A stretch of DNA of 44,754 bases, filler included, from Jimgerdemannia flammicorona (taxonomy: Eukaryota), in NCBI GenBank assembly GCA_003990765.1. It is 2 parts of 2 records of this genome, joined end to end, with 100 filler letters (N's around TTAATTAATTAA, not from the genome) between each part and the next. Parts side by side here need not be neighbours in the genome. Positions count along the whole stretch, not along the records: positions 1 to 22,328 come from RBNJ01001298.1; positions 22,429 to 44,754 come from RBNJ01001299.1. One strand, written 5' to 3'. Below, piece after piece: positions 12,968 to 24,100 of this stretch. Position numbers and translations under genes: made by a program. The notes under the pieces are model-generated. The model was not told the origin of the DNA, did not search any database, and saw nothing but the letters and a program-made list of their open reading frames with translations. Within the stretch, counting starts at the first letter, position 1; each line of letters begins with the position of its first letter.

Positions 12968-14422
12968 AAATCTTCCATCATCCAAAACAGTTGCTTCAGC
13001 TGACTGAAGAAAAAAAGAATGCATACTACAGTAAACTCCAGCATGCGCTGGATCATTGCAAATGTTGAGTTCCAATGTATATAGATGTCCAATATAAACT
13101 CTTTTGGGGCTAAACTGATTGCCCTACACTGTACAGCAAATTTGTCTTATCATTGTGGGGATGATCGGACCGATACAACCAGTTTGTGCAGCTTGGAAAT
13201 TATACTCAGGGCCCCTCCTCTCTCTGATGTTTAGTCTACATGCATAAGATAGTCCTGAACAGCAAGGTTCAGTACATGGGCCTGGCATCACACACAGCAG
13301 CTTTCTGTACTGAAGGCCATGTTTTCCTGTTTGAGGCTGGCTGCTAAAACTTGGAAAAATGTTGAGTTATTTGTGGCATTGTTCGTCATAATGGCCAAAA
13401 TCTGTACTTGAAATATTCAGTTGGCAAATTATGCAAAAATAAATAACTAACAAAATCTGTTCTGTTTAAGGACCTCTCTCAAAACACCGACCTGATGGCA
13501 AGCCCCCCTTTTTTTACCTTGGTTGTGATCCCAAGCTCTTGGATACAACTAATAAAAGCATCTGCGATGTTGTCTCCAGAATGAGGGCCAGCAAGTTTGA
13601 TGAAGTCAAGGGTGAGAGATTTAAGCTGCTAATTGAGGTCAATCTAATGACCGGTAATACCCAGAAACAAAATTATATTGGGGAATATCCATGTGTTGAT
13701 CGTAAATGAAATTTTGCCTGCCGAATTCTGCTTATTGAATGTAAGGTTAAATTGGTGAGCTCTTTTATATAATTCAGCTTACAAAGGACATGGTGCTGCC
13801 CTTATTTTACCTGAAGTGTCTAGCAGAGATTGTCATACTCCTTCCTATAGGCCTCCAGGACATCTTTATAAATAGTATTGGTACTTGGCAAATATAAATC
13901 ATACTTGAGGAGGCTGCAATTGATCACTCTCGATGGTTGTGAATGGCTGGTCTGTGCACACAATCTAGTGAATGAGCTGATTTTGAAATTCTGCCGAAGA
14001 GTATGGCTAAATATTTTTAATTAAATGGCATTGTTGGTACAGAAATGGTTGGGCAATCAGATAAATATACCCACCACAGCTTGGATATCGATTTTATTTG
14101 TCTCTGTATTCTTTTTGATTTTGTCAGAGTACTTGTCTTTTATGTGTCAATTTATGTTTGAGGTTATACCACCAAGCATTTTGAACTTCTGACTGGTGCA
14201 GTTTATGGGGGTGGATGAAACAATATCATGTGTGTGTCAACAAGTCAATAGGTGTATCTTAATTTTTTACCTGCAATAATTACAAATAACATCATCTCCT
14301 ATTTTAGCATAATGTTGCCAGATTTCAGAGTGAGGATTGCATAGAAGGTGTGGAACTATCAGGGATATTTGACTTGAAGCATCATCGGTACTGTAAACTG
14401 TTGAAGACTGATCTGTCGACAT
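11857..14422 (-). pseudogene. hAT transposase (BED finger, DDE/RNase H-like core, hATC dimerisation domain), multi-intron, decayed
   Basis: SEIWQHY...VICNYC (BED); DIYIHWNSTFAMIQRML (cf. TRWNST); SSVIPVYNLL; KLRKYY; FPSLCGMAQDYLVISASSAPVKQVFSGG...KRCMLNAETI...MCLKSW (hATC). Confidence 0.92.
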
Positions 14423-14524
14423 GTATGTTTGTGTGTTTACATGTGCATGTGTGTGCATATGTGTATATTGTGTATACGTGTGTATGTAATGTGTTGTGGA
14501 CACATCCGACATATGAGTCATGTG

Positions 14525-14760
14525 GAGGATTTGAATTGGAGGATTTAGTTGAAGGATTCAGATGAGGATTCAGATTGGAGGATTTGAATTGGAGGATTCA
14601 AATTGGAGGATTCAAATTGGAGGATTCAGATTGAGTGATTCAGATTGAGTGATTCAGATTGAGTGATTCAGATTGAGTGATTCAGATTGAGTGATTCGGA
14701 TTGGGGTGGTTCAGATGGGTGATTTGGATGGGGCAATTCGGATGGTGCAATTCAGATTAA
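14525..14760. repeat. Right subterminal 14-bp tandem arrays (GGAGGATTCAAATT, GAGTGATTCAGATT)
   Basis: Tandem copies directly visible upstream of the right TIR. Confidence 0.8.
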
Positions 14761-14861
14761 TCTGAGTTGATTCAGATGGCTTCAGATTTGAGATTCAGAT
14801 TGAACCATCATGTAATGAATCAAATCCGGATTTGATTCAAATTGACTTGTTCAGAGCACTA

Positions 14862-16265
14862 CCTATATTAATAATAACCTCAAAGACTCTATCTTCATTT
14901 GATAAGTTATATAGGCAGAGGTCTTTCAGTTGTCTTTACTTTCTTCTCCTAAGTTCTCTTGAACATTGTTGGCCTTGATTATCTTCCAACCTTGCTCTTT
15001 AGTTATCTTAGCAAGTCCATATCTCATTTGCTATCTGAATGTAGATATTTCTGCCAGCTGGTCAAAGGTGGTATTGACCTTTTGTTGACTGAGATTCTTG
15101 AAGATATCATACTTAAAGATCTTGGTTTTACAAAGCTTCTTCTTCTTTTCTCCTTCACTGGCTGGAGTAGTTTCTCAGATGATATCTTAAACAACCTATT
15201 CTAGTTCCATATCTTAGTCTATTTCTTTATCTTGACTTTTTATTGCAGTTTTTATCTACTTTTCCACAGGGTTCTTCTTGGGTCTCTCTAGTGGTCTTTG
15301 TAGAGTTCTTTGCAGACATCCTTCTTAGTGATTTGCACAAGATAGGCCTCTCATTCCTCTTCATCAGATTCTCTAATCTCTTTAAAGGTGATAATATTGA
15401 TCTGTTCCTTATTTTGAGTAGTATTGCTTGGCTATACCTTGTACTTAGTTTTGCTCATATATTTATGTGAGTAGTGGCCCTCTTCTCTACAGATGTAGCA
15501 GGTATCTCTCTTCTTGTCTAAGGTAGTAGCAAATTTCTAAACTAGGCAGTAGTCTCTTCTTTTGATTTCCTTGACCATATCTCCTAGGTGGGCAGTCATT
15601 TTAGTGAACTGCTTGGTGAGTTCCTCTATGGGGTCACTATTTCTCTGTTATTTAGTAGCTTTTAGTTGAGATGTGTTTTGATTAATTACTATAATAGAGA
15701 TCATGCTAGTTACCTTAGGTACTTCAATTCTAACTCCAGTGACTCTCTCTATTGTATAATCTTATAAGTATCTGGCTATCTAATATCACTGAGTATAAGT
15801 AACCTTCTGTATCAGATTCAAGACTATTGGTGATAAGTAGATGGCCAGGACTATTTCTGGATAGATTTCTTTCATAAAGATTACTTTAGCTACTTAATCC
15901 CTGATAGTGGTAGTATAATCTACAAGAATTATCTGATATTAGATTCTGGTGTAAAATGTGTTTGGATCCTTACTCATTCCTTGATATATTATATTGAGCT
16001 GATTCTTTAGTACTTACTTGATCTTATCTATATAGTATGTAGCTCAGAGCCAGGTCTTCTGTACTGCTAGCATAGCATCATCATTATTTTCTGTATGGAT
16101 TATAGCTGTGAATGCTGCTCTTACTGGTCCTTAGAGACTGAAGAGTATGAGAGTTACTTGCTGTCTTATTGTCAGGTTCCTTACAGCAGTGTATTGCTCG
16201 AAATCATCAATGAAGATGATGATTGATTTGTCTGAAGTATAACTATGGAATACTGGTGGTCTCAT
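14862..16265 (-). pseudogene. Heavily mutated LTR-retrotransposon gag(-protease start) relic
   Basis: MRPPVFHS...FIDDFEQY, LRGP, DPIEELTKQF, zinc knuckle TCYICREEGHY (~15505-15470); reads VIINIG (decayed DTG) at the hAT junction. Same layout as the gag at 24648-25769. Confidence 0.7.
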
Positions 16266-17559
16266 ATCTATCTTGTCTGGATATCTTGATTCAATTTGTA
16301 TGGTTGTTTGAGTGGTGGCAGTTGTTTATTATTTAGCTTTAAAGTGAGAGATTCATCTTAAATCATCAGCCAATAGATATCAAGTTGTAATATAGTAGAT
16401 ACTTAACCTTAGAAGTATGTCAGATTTCTGTATCTTGAAAACTTGATCTTCTTTGACTCTGCAGAGTCCTTGGAATATAAGAGTAGATGTATCTGCTCAT
16501 AGACTTACTAGTTCCTTTGCTTTCTCTTTGCTTTAAACTATTTTGATCTGAGGTTTATTTACTCTAAAATACTAAGTTATTTATATAAGTTTACTAGCTA
16601 TAAGGTGACTAAGTTATAACTATGTTATGAGTTACTTTTTATAAGTATTGAGTCTTTTAACATCTGTGAAATCTTTAACATCTGCAAAGAGTTCAACATT
16701 TATAAAAACTTTAACAGTTGTGAAATAACAATAATTGTTATTTATAAGACTATACTATATCAGAAATTGGGTTCAGATACTATGATCAAATGTCTAATTT
16801 CCCTAATTCATATTCCTAATTTGGATCAACTATTACAATATATATTTTTTCTGAATTTTTAGTAATAATATTTAAGTTATGTTAGATTTCTAACTAAACT
16901 CTAAAAGTCTAGCTAACTTTATTTTACTGAGAACTAGTATATAAATAAAATATTTTAAAATCTGAATTATAAGAGATTTAGTCTATATATAGTAAGAAGA
17001 CTCTAATTACTAAATAATATAAATATCAAATAGAAGATTCTAATTGCTAAATAGGTGAGATATTGAGTTATTCTACTATAAGAATTTAGTACTTTCTCAT
17101 CCAGAAGAACCAGAAAGATCTCTTGAACTATATATGTCAAGTTTCTTAATAATATATAAGTATTCTATAAAAATCTTATTATTATACTTAGCAATAGTAG
17201 AATTTCAAGTTAAGATATATTATAAATATCCTATATATTAGTATAAAGCTCAATTTCTAAATTAGAGCTCAGATTCAGATCATCTTAAAACTATAGATAT
17301 AAGACTAACAGACTCAAGTAAATCTAGTAATAGTTTTCTAAAATAAGTAATATCTAGAAAATCTTAGCAGAGAATAAAACTGAGTCTTAGTAAATTATAT
17401 ATATATATATTTTTAACAGACCTTAGTAAATTATATAAATTAACTAAGAACTATATAATATATAGCTTCAAAAAGAACAATAATACTCTTACTCTATATT
17501 TGCTTAAAAAGTAGTTTCTTAAGTTAAATAACAAATACATAATCCTCATATTATATTAA

Positions 17560-18900
17560 TAGCTCTAACCAAACCTTATCTCACTTTATTTTACTCTAAT
17601 ATACTCTCTTCTCTCTATCTCTACCCTCTTAAAAATTATCAGATTATTAACCACCTCAATCTACCTACTACTCCTCTTATATATCTCTTCTACTAGTCTA
17701 ACAGAATATCTATTATTAATTTCTTCTACCTTACTATTCTCTCTTCCAAAACTATCTGTTTCTTATTTTGAATATATAGCCAGTAGTTAGCTAATTCCAC
17801 TTATATTACTAATATCTACTCAATAGTAAGTCACTTATTATTGATATACTCTATCAACTACTCTCTTAAGTTATCTTATCTTCTCCCCTCTCTGTTATTT
17901 TACTTATCTTCAGATGATCTCTAACCATTACTCAGAAAACTCTACTCCTCTAGCCAATATTCAGATATCTGTAAAATCTTTCTCTTTTATCCTATATTAT
18001 AATATTTATTATATCTAAAAACCCCACCTTCTATCAGATATTCTGATCAAAAGTTCAATATAATATTTCTCTATAAAGTATACTACTACACTATTTAAAA
18101 CTTTAAAGAAAGCCATCATTATATCTCAGTACTCTAAAACCAGACTCCAGCTCAGTTCTATATCTTATCTATATCTGCTAACTATCAGTCAATTGATTAT
18201 AAATTCTATCTCACCTCTTATTAATACTCTATATTAATATTAATATCAAAGTCCATCAGTGGGGAATCACTCAACAGAAGCCTGTCTCACCTAGTACTCC
18301 CAACAAATCGAATCAAAGGTCCAATTCGATTCAAAGTTCGATTTGAACCTTAATTTTCAAAATGTAATAACTCGACGAAAACTCATCCAAATTTAACATA
18401 TTTTAGCTTGTTAGATTCACCGTATTAATGTGATTCTAACAAGCTAAAGTACGTTAGATTTGGATGAGTTTATGCTGAGTTATTGTATTTTAAAAATTAG
18501 GGTTTGAATCAGACCCTCAATTCGATTTGACTTTTGATTCAATTTGAATTGATTCGAATTGAAAAATCCCCAATTTGATTTGACTTGTTTAACCCTCAAT
18601 TCAATTCGATTCAAATTGATTTGACTTGTTTGGGAGCACTAGTCTCACCTCCATATTGCAGGTCCCTATTGTACCTTCTCCTCATTACTACACCAACATA
18701 AACTAATATAGTGAGCTCTCTTTATTACCCTCTATCAGAATCCTCTATATCTCAAGTACCTGCTTTTCAGTCCAACCATCAACAATAAATCCCCTGAGGA
18801 ACCTCTAGGGGAGAACCTCACCTCCCAGACCTTCAGCAACACTTAGACCACTCTCTCTCATTCTTAATATTAATATCTTTTAGCTCACCTAAGATATAAT
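17560..18900 (-). mobile_element. Highly eroded relic of a related LINE (ORF2 3' part)
   Basis: 18790-18838 (CCCCTGAGGAACCTCTAGGGGGAGAACCTCACCTCCCAGACCTTC) matches 872-918 of the first LINE; same C/T-rich plus-strand bias. Confidence 0.65.
18292..18641. mobile_element. hAT-type MITE, second full copy
   Basis: Near-identical to 7471-7856 apart from a short deletion; perfect 8-bp TSD GTCTCACC (18284-18291 / 18642-18649). Confidence 0.95.
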
Positions 18901-18998
18901 AATTTCTTAGTCGTATCTTAGTTATAGTATACATATTTTTGCATCTTTTGAATTGAATCGGACCATTGCACAACAGTTGGAGATTAACCACATTGTAT

Positions 18999-19140
18999 TA
19001 CAGTGATTATATCAAGGGAAAAATTTCCATTTTTCTGGCCATTTTATGTGATAGTGACTATACCAAGGGTGTGATTATATCCAAGATTAGTCTGCGGTAA
19101 AATATTATATCGAGTGTGATTATATCAAGGGCCGACTGTA
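18999..19140. mobile_element. Terminal fragment of a Tc1/mariner-pogo-like element
   Basis: Repeated GTGATTATATCAAGGG motifs ending ...GGGCCGACTG-TA (reverse: TA-CAGTCGGCCCTTGATATAATC), resembling pogo-type TIRs. Confidence 0.45.
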
Positions 19141-19964
19141 TACACTGTCATTTTACGGAATTTGCGTGACGTCATTTTTGCGAATCGCTAAGTACAGAAC
19201 GATGGACAGAACAGCAATAATGACAGTTAAATACAACAACGTTGATGGCGACGAAGCGGCGATGATGGCGACTAAGCGACGATGATGGCGACTAAGAATG
19301 ATAATAACAAATACAAAGCCACGCAAATTCCTGTAACTAATTATAGTTATGTTAAATCCCCGTCCGATAACCCATGCCCTCTCACGGCTGCCACCCTTAT
19401 ACCAGATAACAAATTAGATGAGTATAAGTTTGTGTATTTGGGCGAATGCGTGCATGAGGAATGTTTCTGTCTCGAATGCGTTGCATCGGTCAGTTCCAAA
19501 GAACCCGACATACAATATGTGTACGAATAGGGAGGTGGGTGGGAGTAAAACTGTATGATAGCGAAGATAATTGAGCGTAAGGGGAAGGGGACAAGATGTT
19601 GGGCGTGCAATGAATTCTGTTATGATATATATGTAATTGCCTAATCGAGTAATACACGTCTTTAACGCGCTATCCCTTCGGGATCCCTTGTCAAACCGAA
19701 CACGTGCCTTCGGCCTTTCGCGGTTTTCATACTTTGCCGCACTTCTCACCTACCGCCGCATGTATGTTTCATTATCCTTGGGAACCAGTGTGTTTGGGTG
19801 ATAACGCGATATAATTATGAAAAAGAAGCACCAGTAGGCGAATATTCCAATTGTCACTATTGCTAACTACTCCGCTATCGCTTTGTAGCCGCCAGCCTAC
19901 ACGCATCTTACTGGTCCACACGTATCCATGGCATATGGCTTCATACATAACCAGGCAGCTATGG

Positions 19965-20440
19965 CGATATGTGCGCAGACGGGTGAGGTGTGCGGGCTGG
20001 CCAGATACGTATAGGTTGGCGGGCTGGCGGGCTGGCTGGTGATATACGTGCGGGAGTGCGAGATGCTGTAGGTTGGCGAGTTGCGTGCGGGCTGGCGAGA
20101 TGCGTGCGGGATAACGAATTGTATGCGGGCTGGCTGATTATATACGTGCGGGCATGCGGGCGTGCGAGATGCGTGTAGGTTGGCGAGATGCGTGCGGGCT
20201 GGCGATATGTATGTGGGGCGAGATGAAATGCGAGATGCGTGTAGGATGGCGAGTTGCGTGCTGGTTAGCGAGTTTCCTGGGGGCTGGCGAGTTGCATGGA
20301 GGCTGGCGAGTTGCGGCGGGTTGGCAAGTTGCGTGCTGGCAAGTTAGCGGGCGTGCGAGATGCGTGCGGGCGGGCGAGATGCGTGCGGACGGGCAAGATG
20401 CGTACGGACGGGCGAGATGCGTACAAACGGGCGATATGCC
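19965..20440. repeat. CpG-rich degenerate minisatellite (GCGTGCGGGCTGGCGAGAT-type)
   Basis: Many imperfect tandem ~19-bp units; accounts for the low-complexity ORFs in this interval. Confidence 0.85.
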
Positions 20441-20704
20441 GCTATTATTACCGCTTGTCTCTGTTTATTTGCGTCAGTTTTATTGGTCCGCCAGAAACGG
20501 TGCCAGGGATTTTAAAGTACATGCGGTATATCCGTCTCAATCTATCAAAATAACAAACTTAATTATGTGTGAATACTAATTTGTTTTTTTACAAACCAAC
20601 GAAACCTTCATTTTTTTTTTCGATGGATGGGAAGCTTCGACCAAATTTCCCTCCACCTTCTATCCACGCACCATCCCCCATTCCTTGTATATACCCCATA
20701 TTCC

Positions 20705-22273
20705 TCACGCCCTTCCATTCTCAATATCGTTCATGGGGACAGCCACGAACTTTCTCTTTCCGCCCCCGAACCCGCTCCTCCTTTTATTATAAAAGTATGC
20801 GAAGAGTCCAATGCACGCGATAGATGCCACCATCAGACTTGCCATGATACCGCTGAGTTGTGTCGTCCGCATGTCCTCGTCCGTCGTCTGCATGTCCTCG
20901 TCCGTCGTCTTATTGGTGTCCCCCTCGGCGGGCACCTTGCCGACCGGGTGCTCGACAACGGGTTTTTTCGTTTCCGTTCCGGTTTCGGGAACCTTCGTTT
21001 CCGGCTCGGTGTGATTGACGGGTTCGACGTCGTCACCGAGTGGTTCCAGGATTGCGACGGGTAGGAGTTCTTCCGTTGCGAAGGAGGGCGGGTACTTGGG
21101 CGAGCGGACCTTCACGGCGGTTGAGTTGGTGATAGGAGAGCCGGTGACATTGAAGGGGGATTGCTTGATGACGGCATTGGCAATGGCGCGGTGGCCGCCT
21201 GTAGAGGGAGGTGAAGTGTGAGATGAAGTATGAGATCGGGAAGAGATGGTCGGAGACGACCGGAAAAACAAACAAAAGAACTACGTACCGCCCGTCACGT
21301 GGAAGACATCCCACCACAGAAACTCGTCGATGGGCTTACTACACGTGCCCGTGCACACTTGCCAGTAAGCATTCTTGACATCCTCGAATCCGTACATGGC
21401 CGGGTCATCGACGATTTCGCTGAACAGGGTGTGGATGTCTACGACGGCGACATCAAGACTGCCGCCCACGGCCTCGACGAAGACCGGAATCTCGCTGTCG
21501 ATCAGGGCGTTGTATTCGATAATGAAGTTCTTGCGGTCAGCTTGGCCCGCGAACAACGGAGAGAGGTCGGGTGGTGGGAGGTTGGGGAGGAGGATGTGCT
21601 TGGCATGAAAAATCGTGTGAAGAGTGGTCTGCGGAGAGAACCGGGGAAGAGAGTTAGGTATGGGTAAACTGCGTGCGAGAAAGGATGGAGAGAAAAGAGG
21701 GGGATACGAACAATTTGTTTCTTGACGCAGTCGAAGACGGCTGCGAGGGTTGCTTTGGTGGTGTTGAATTTCGTGATATCTGGTAGGGGGGTCGAATGAA
21801 CCAGAGGGATCGGGACAATGAAAGAAGTGAGTAAAGTATAAAAGCGAGGTAGATCCACAGTATAAAACCGATTCGGATGTCGGTAATCCCCGCTAGCGTA
21901 TCAAACATGTACTTTTTCTTCCGACCCTTCGAACAACGCGCTCTCTCCGCCCATGCGTATATCTGTCGCACAACCCCCCTCCCCTTCCTCCCCACATCAC
22001 CATAATTATCCGCGCAACTACCACCTGCCGATACGCCAATATCATTGATTCCGATCCACACGGCGTACACGGTCTCGTCTGGATCCAACTTCAGATTTTG
22101 CTTGTAATAAATGCTCAGCTGGTCTCGCACGGCGGGCCGGTCGGCCAGCTTAACAACGCTGTTGTCACAGGTTGCGCCCGCGAAAGCGAAACCGTAGAGC
22201 TGGGCGTCCCAGGCGTGCGCAAGATCTTCGACCCAGATCGGGCCGTTTGTTTTCCGCTTGACATTACCAGTGT
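20705..22273 (-). CDS. GDSL/SGNH lipase-esterase (CE16-like) with Pro/Thr/Glu-rich stalk and C-terminal TM helix; 5' exon lost at the contig end
   Basis: Exons ~22273-22025, 21779-21712, 21628-21289, 21198-20705 with GT-AG borders (first donor uncertain). Motifs DTGN, TNGPIWVE, FAFAGAT, VWIGINDI, LWWDVFHVTGGGH; TM LSGIMASLMVASIACIGLFAYFY followed by NKRR. CpG intact, no stops seen in the exons. Confidence 0.88.
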
Positions 22274-22328
22274 CTGTGGTGGATGAAGGCTGTTAGGTCT
22301 GGGGAACAGAAATTTGGGGGAGGGGGGG

Positions 22329-22428
22329 NNNNNNNNNNNNNNNNNNNNNNNNNNNNNNNNNNNNNNNNNNNNTTAATTAATTAANNNNNNNNNNNNNNNN
22401 NNNNNNNNNNNNNNNNNNNNNNNNNNNN
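22329..22428. other. Artificial contig spacer (N44-TTAATTAATTAA-N44)
   Basis: 100-bp symmetric spacer with stop codons in all six frames; flanking pieces are 22328 and 22326 bp long. Confidence 0.95.
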
Positions 22429-22645
22429 CTACTGTGACTCCTTTGGTTGCCCATGAGGATCTTGAGGCCAATTGTCCATAATGCCCAGGTGGTACAGCGA
22501 GTGCGATCTGTAGGTCAAAAGTCCTGGTACTTCTGGGTCGGATTCTTGCTTGGTAGGGAAGGCAGAGGTCATAACCAACTGATCCTTCTGTTTGTGCAAG
22601 AGGTGGCTGTGCCCAGGGTGAAAGCAGCTTGACCTGGATAATTGG
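22429..22645 (-). CDS. dUTPase domain (N-terminal part) of the retrotransposon polyprotein
   Basis: IQVKLLSPWAQPP...GSVGYDL (motif I)...IALAVPPGHYGQLASRSSWA (motif II); cut by the spacer. Confidence 0.9.
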
Positions 22646-23739
22646 TTGAGCTTTGAGGAATGGCGCTTCAGCTGTTGCCATTGTAGGTGAGAAGTCCATG
22701 CACTCCAGTTTGAAGAAAGGCCAGTGAGCTCCTGTCTTTGAGTTTCTTGTGTAATTGAATCCAGTCTTTCCTAGAGGGTCCAGGGCTTCCATAAAGATGA
22801 AGGTAAGATTTATATCTTCTTTTCCTTGATGAGGGCGGCAGTACCAGCGAATGATGGCAAGAACTTCCAATGGTAGGTCCCAGATAGAGGTCTTGCTTTT
22901 GAACTTGCAATCTTCTTCATGGTTGATTTCTTTGCACTTCCGACAGGCCCAGCGAATTTGAGGTTCTTGCAGGGTGGGATCCTTTCTCTTGACTCAGCTC
23001 TTGTAGACATCTTTACTGAGGTGAACATCTCGATGTTCACACCAGTAGCAGGTAAAGGTTTTTCCACAATCACAATGTCCCTTCTTGACAAAGTCTTCAT
23101 TTCGCTGTTTGACCTCCCTACTGGTAGGGAATCTCTTCCGATATTTGTCATAGGTGGGCTGTGTGATCTGGAGAGCTCGGGTGATAGTGTAAGAGCTGTT
23201 GCTTTCTCCTTCGATGGTAAGGGACTCAAATGTTTGGCGGGCGAGGATCTTCTGTCCTTCCTTATAGGTCTTCTTGAAGGTCTTCGGGGTTGGAGGTTGT
23301 ACTCGACTGTGGGGTGGTGCTTGCTTCAATTCATCCTTGTCATCAATTTCTAGCATTAGAACCTTCTTGAGATCCAGGATTCGGCAATTGCTGCAATCAT
23401 CTCTTGGTGAGTGGAAGCTGATGAAGTGTTCGCATATGCCTCGACGAAAGGCTCGCATGATCCGATTTCTACCAGTGGTGGTGGTGGTTGAGCAGAAGGT
23501 CCTGCAAACTCGAGTGCTGCCCTTGCATTAATGGCTCTATCAATGCTTTCTTCCAGGCCTTCGACACCAATAACTCCAATGAAAGAGTCTTCTTGTTCGC
23601 TTTCTTGGTCCCTTGGGGCATCGAAGTCACTTCCTAGTTCTTGCAGGAAATTGGCCTCGCTTTCATCCTCAGTAGTAGTGGGGGTGTCGCCATATCCTTG
23701 CCATTCTGTTTCTGAGGCTTGATTCGTCTTTTTTGATAA

Positions 23740-24100
23740 TCCTTTCGAGTCAATGGGCACCTTGTGCTTCTGTCCATGAGTGGAGAAGACCAGGAGTTGT
23801 TTCTTGATATCTACATTGGCTCCCACCCGGCTTAACCAGTCAGTTCCCAGGATCAGGTCATAGGAGGTTGCGGGGGTCATGACGGCCTTGGGTACATTGA
23901 GGCGGGCCTTTCCAACTTGAATGGGGATGTCTCTGACAAGTCCAAGGGGTGTGGAAGCTGATCCATCGGCCATGATAACTCTTGCTTTGGTCTCTTCATC
24001 TATTCCCCATCCAATTCGCTCCAACATCCTTTGGGTGATGATGCATACTGCTGCTCCAGTATCGACGAGAATTCTGGCATTTTCACCATGTACTTTTCCA
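23740..24100 (-). CDS. Retropepsin aspartic protease domain
   Basis: ILVDTGAAVCII...VIMADG...YDLILGTDWL. Confidence 0.92.

Larger units (their letters stand above)
8386..14861 (-). mobile_element. hAT DNA transposon (~6.5 kb) with transposase and a convergent cargo gene
   Basis: Ends TAGTGCTCCAAAC... and ...GTTCAGAGCACTA; inverted subterminal similarity (GATTCATCATGTGATGG / CCATCATGTAATGAATC; AATCAACTCGGATT / AATCTGAGTTGATT); 14-bp subterminal arrays at both ends; hAT transposase inside. No TSD found. Confidence 0.8.

Noticed and set aside
19282..19749. Small gene in the CpG-rich island
   Set aside because: Short overlapping ORFs on both strands with no recognisable motif or convincing exon chain; cannot be supported.
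19851..20579. Arg/Gly/Cys-rich ORFs
   Set aside because: By-products of the GC-rich minisatellite.
22273..22645. LTR element inserted into the 5' end of the GDSL gene; ORF 22373-22870 ending in LIN
   Set aside because: The junction is an artificial spacer, and the ORF end is spacer sequence.
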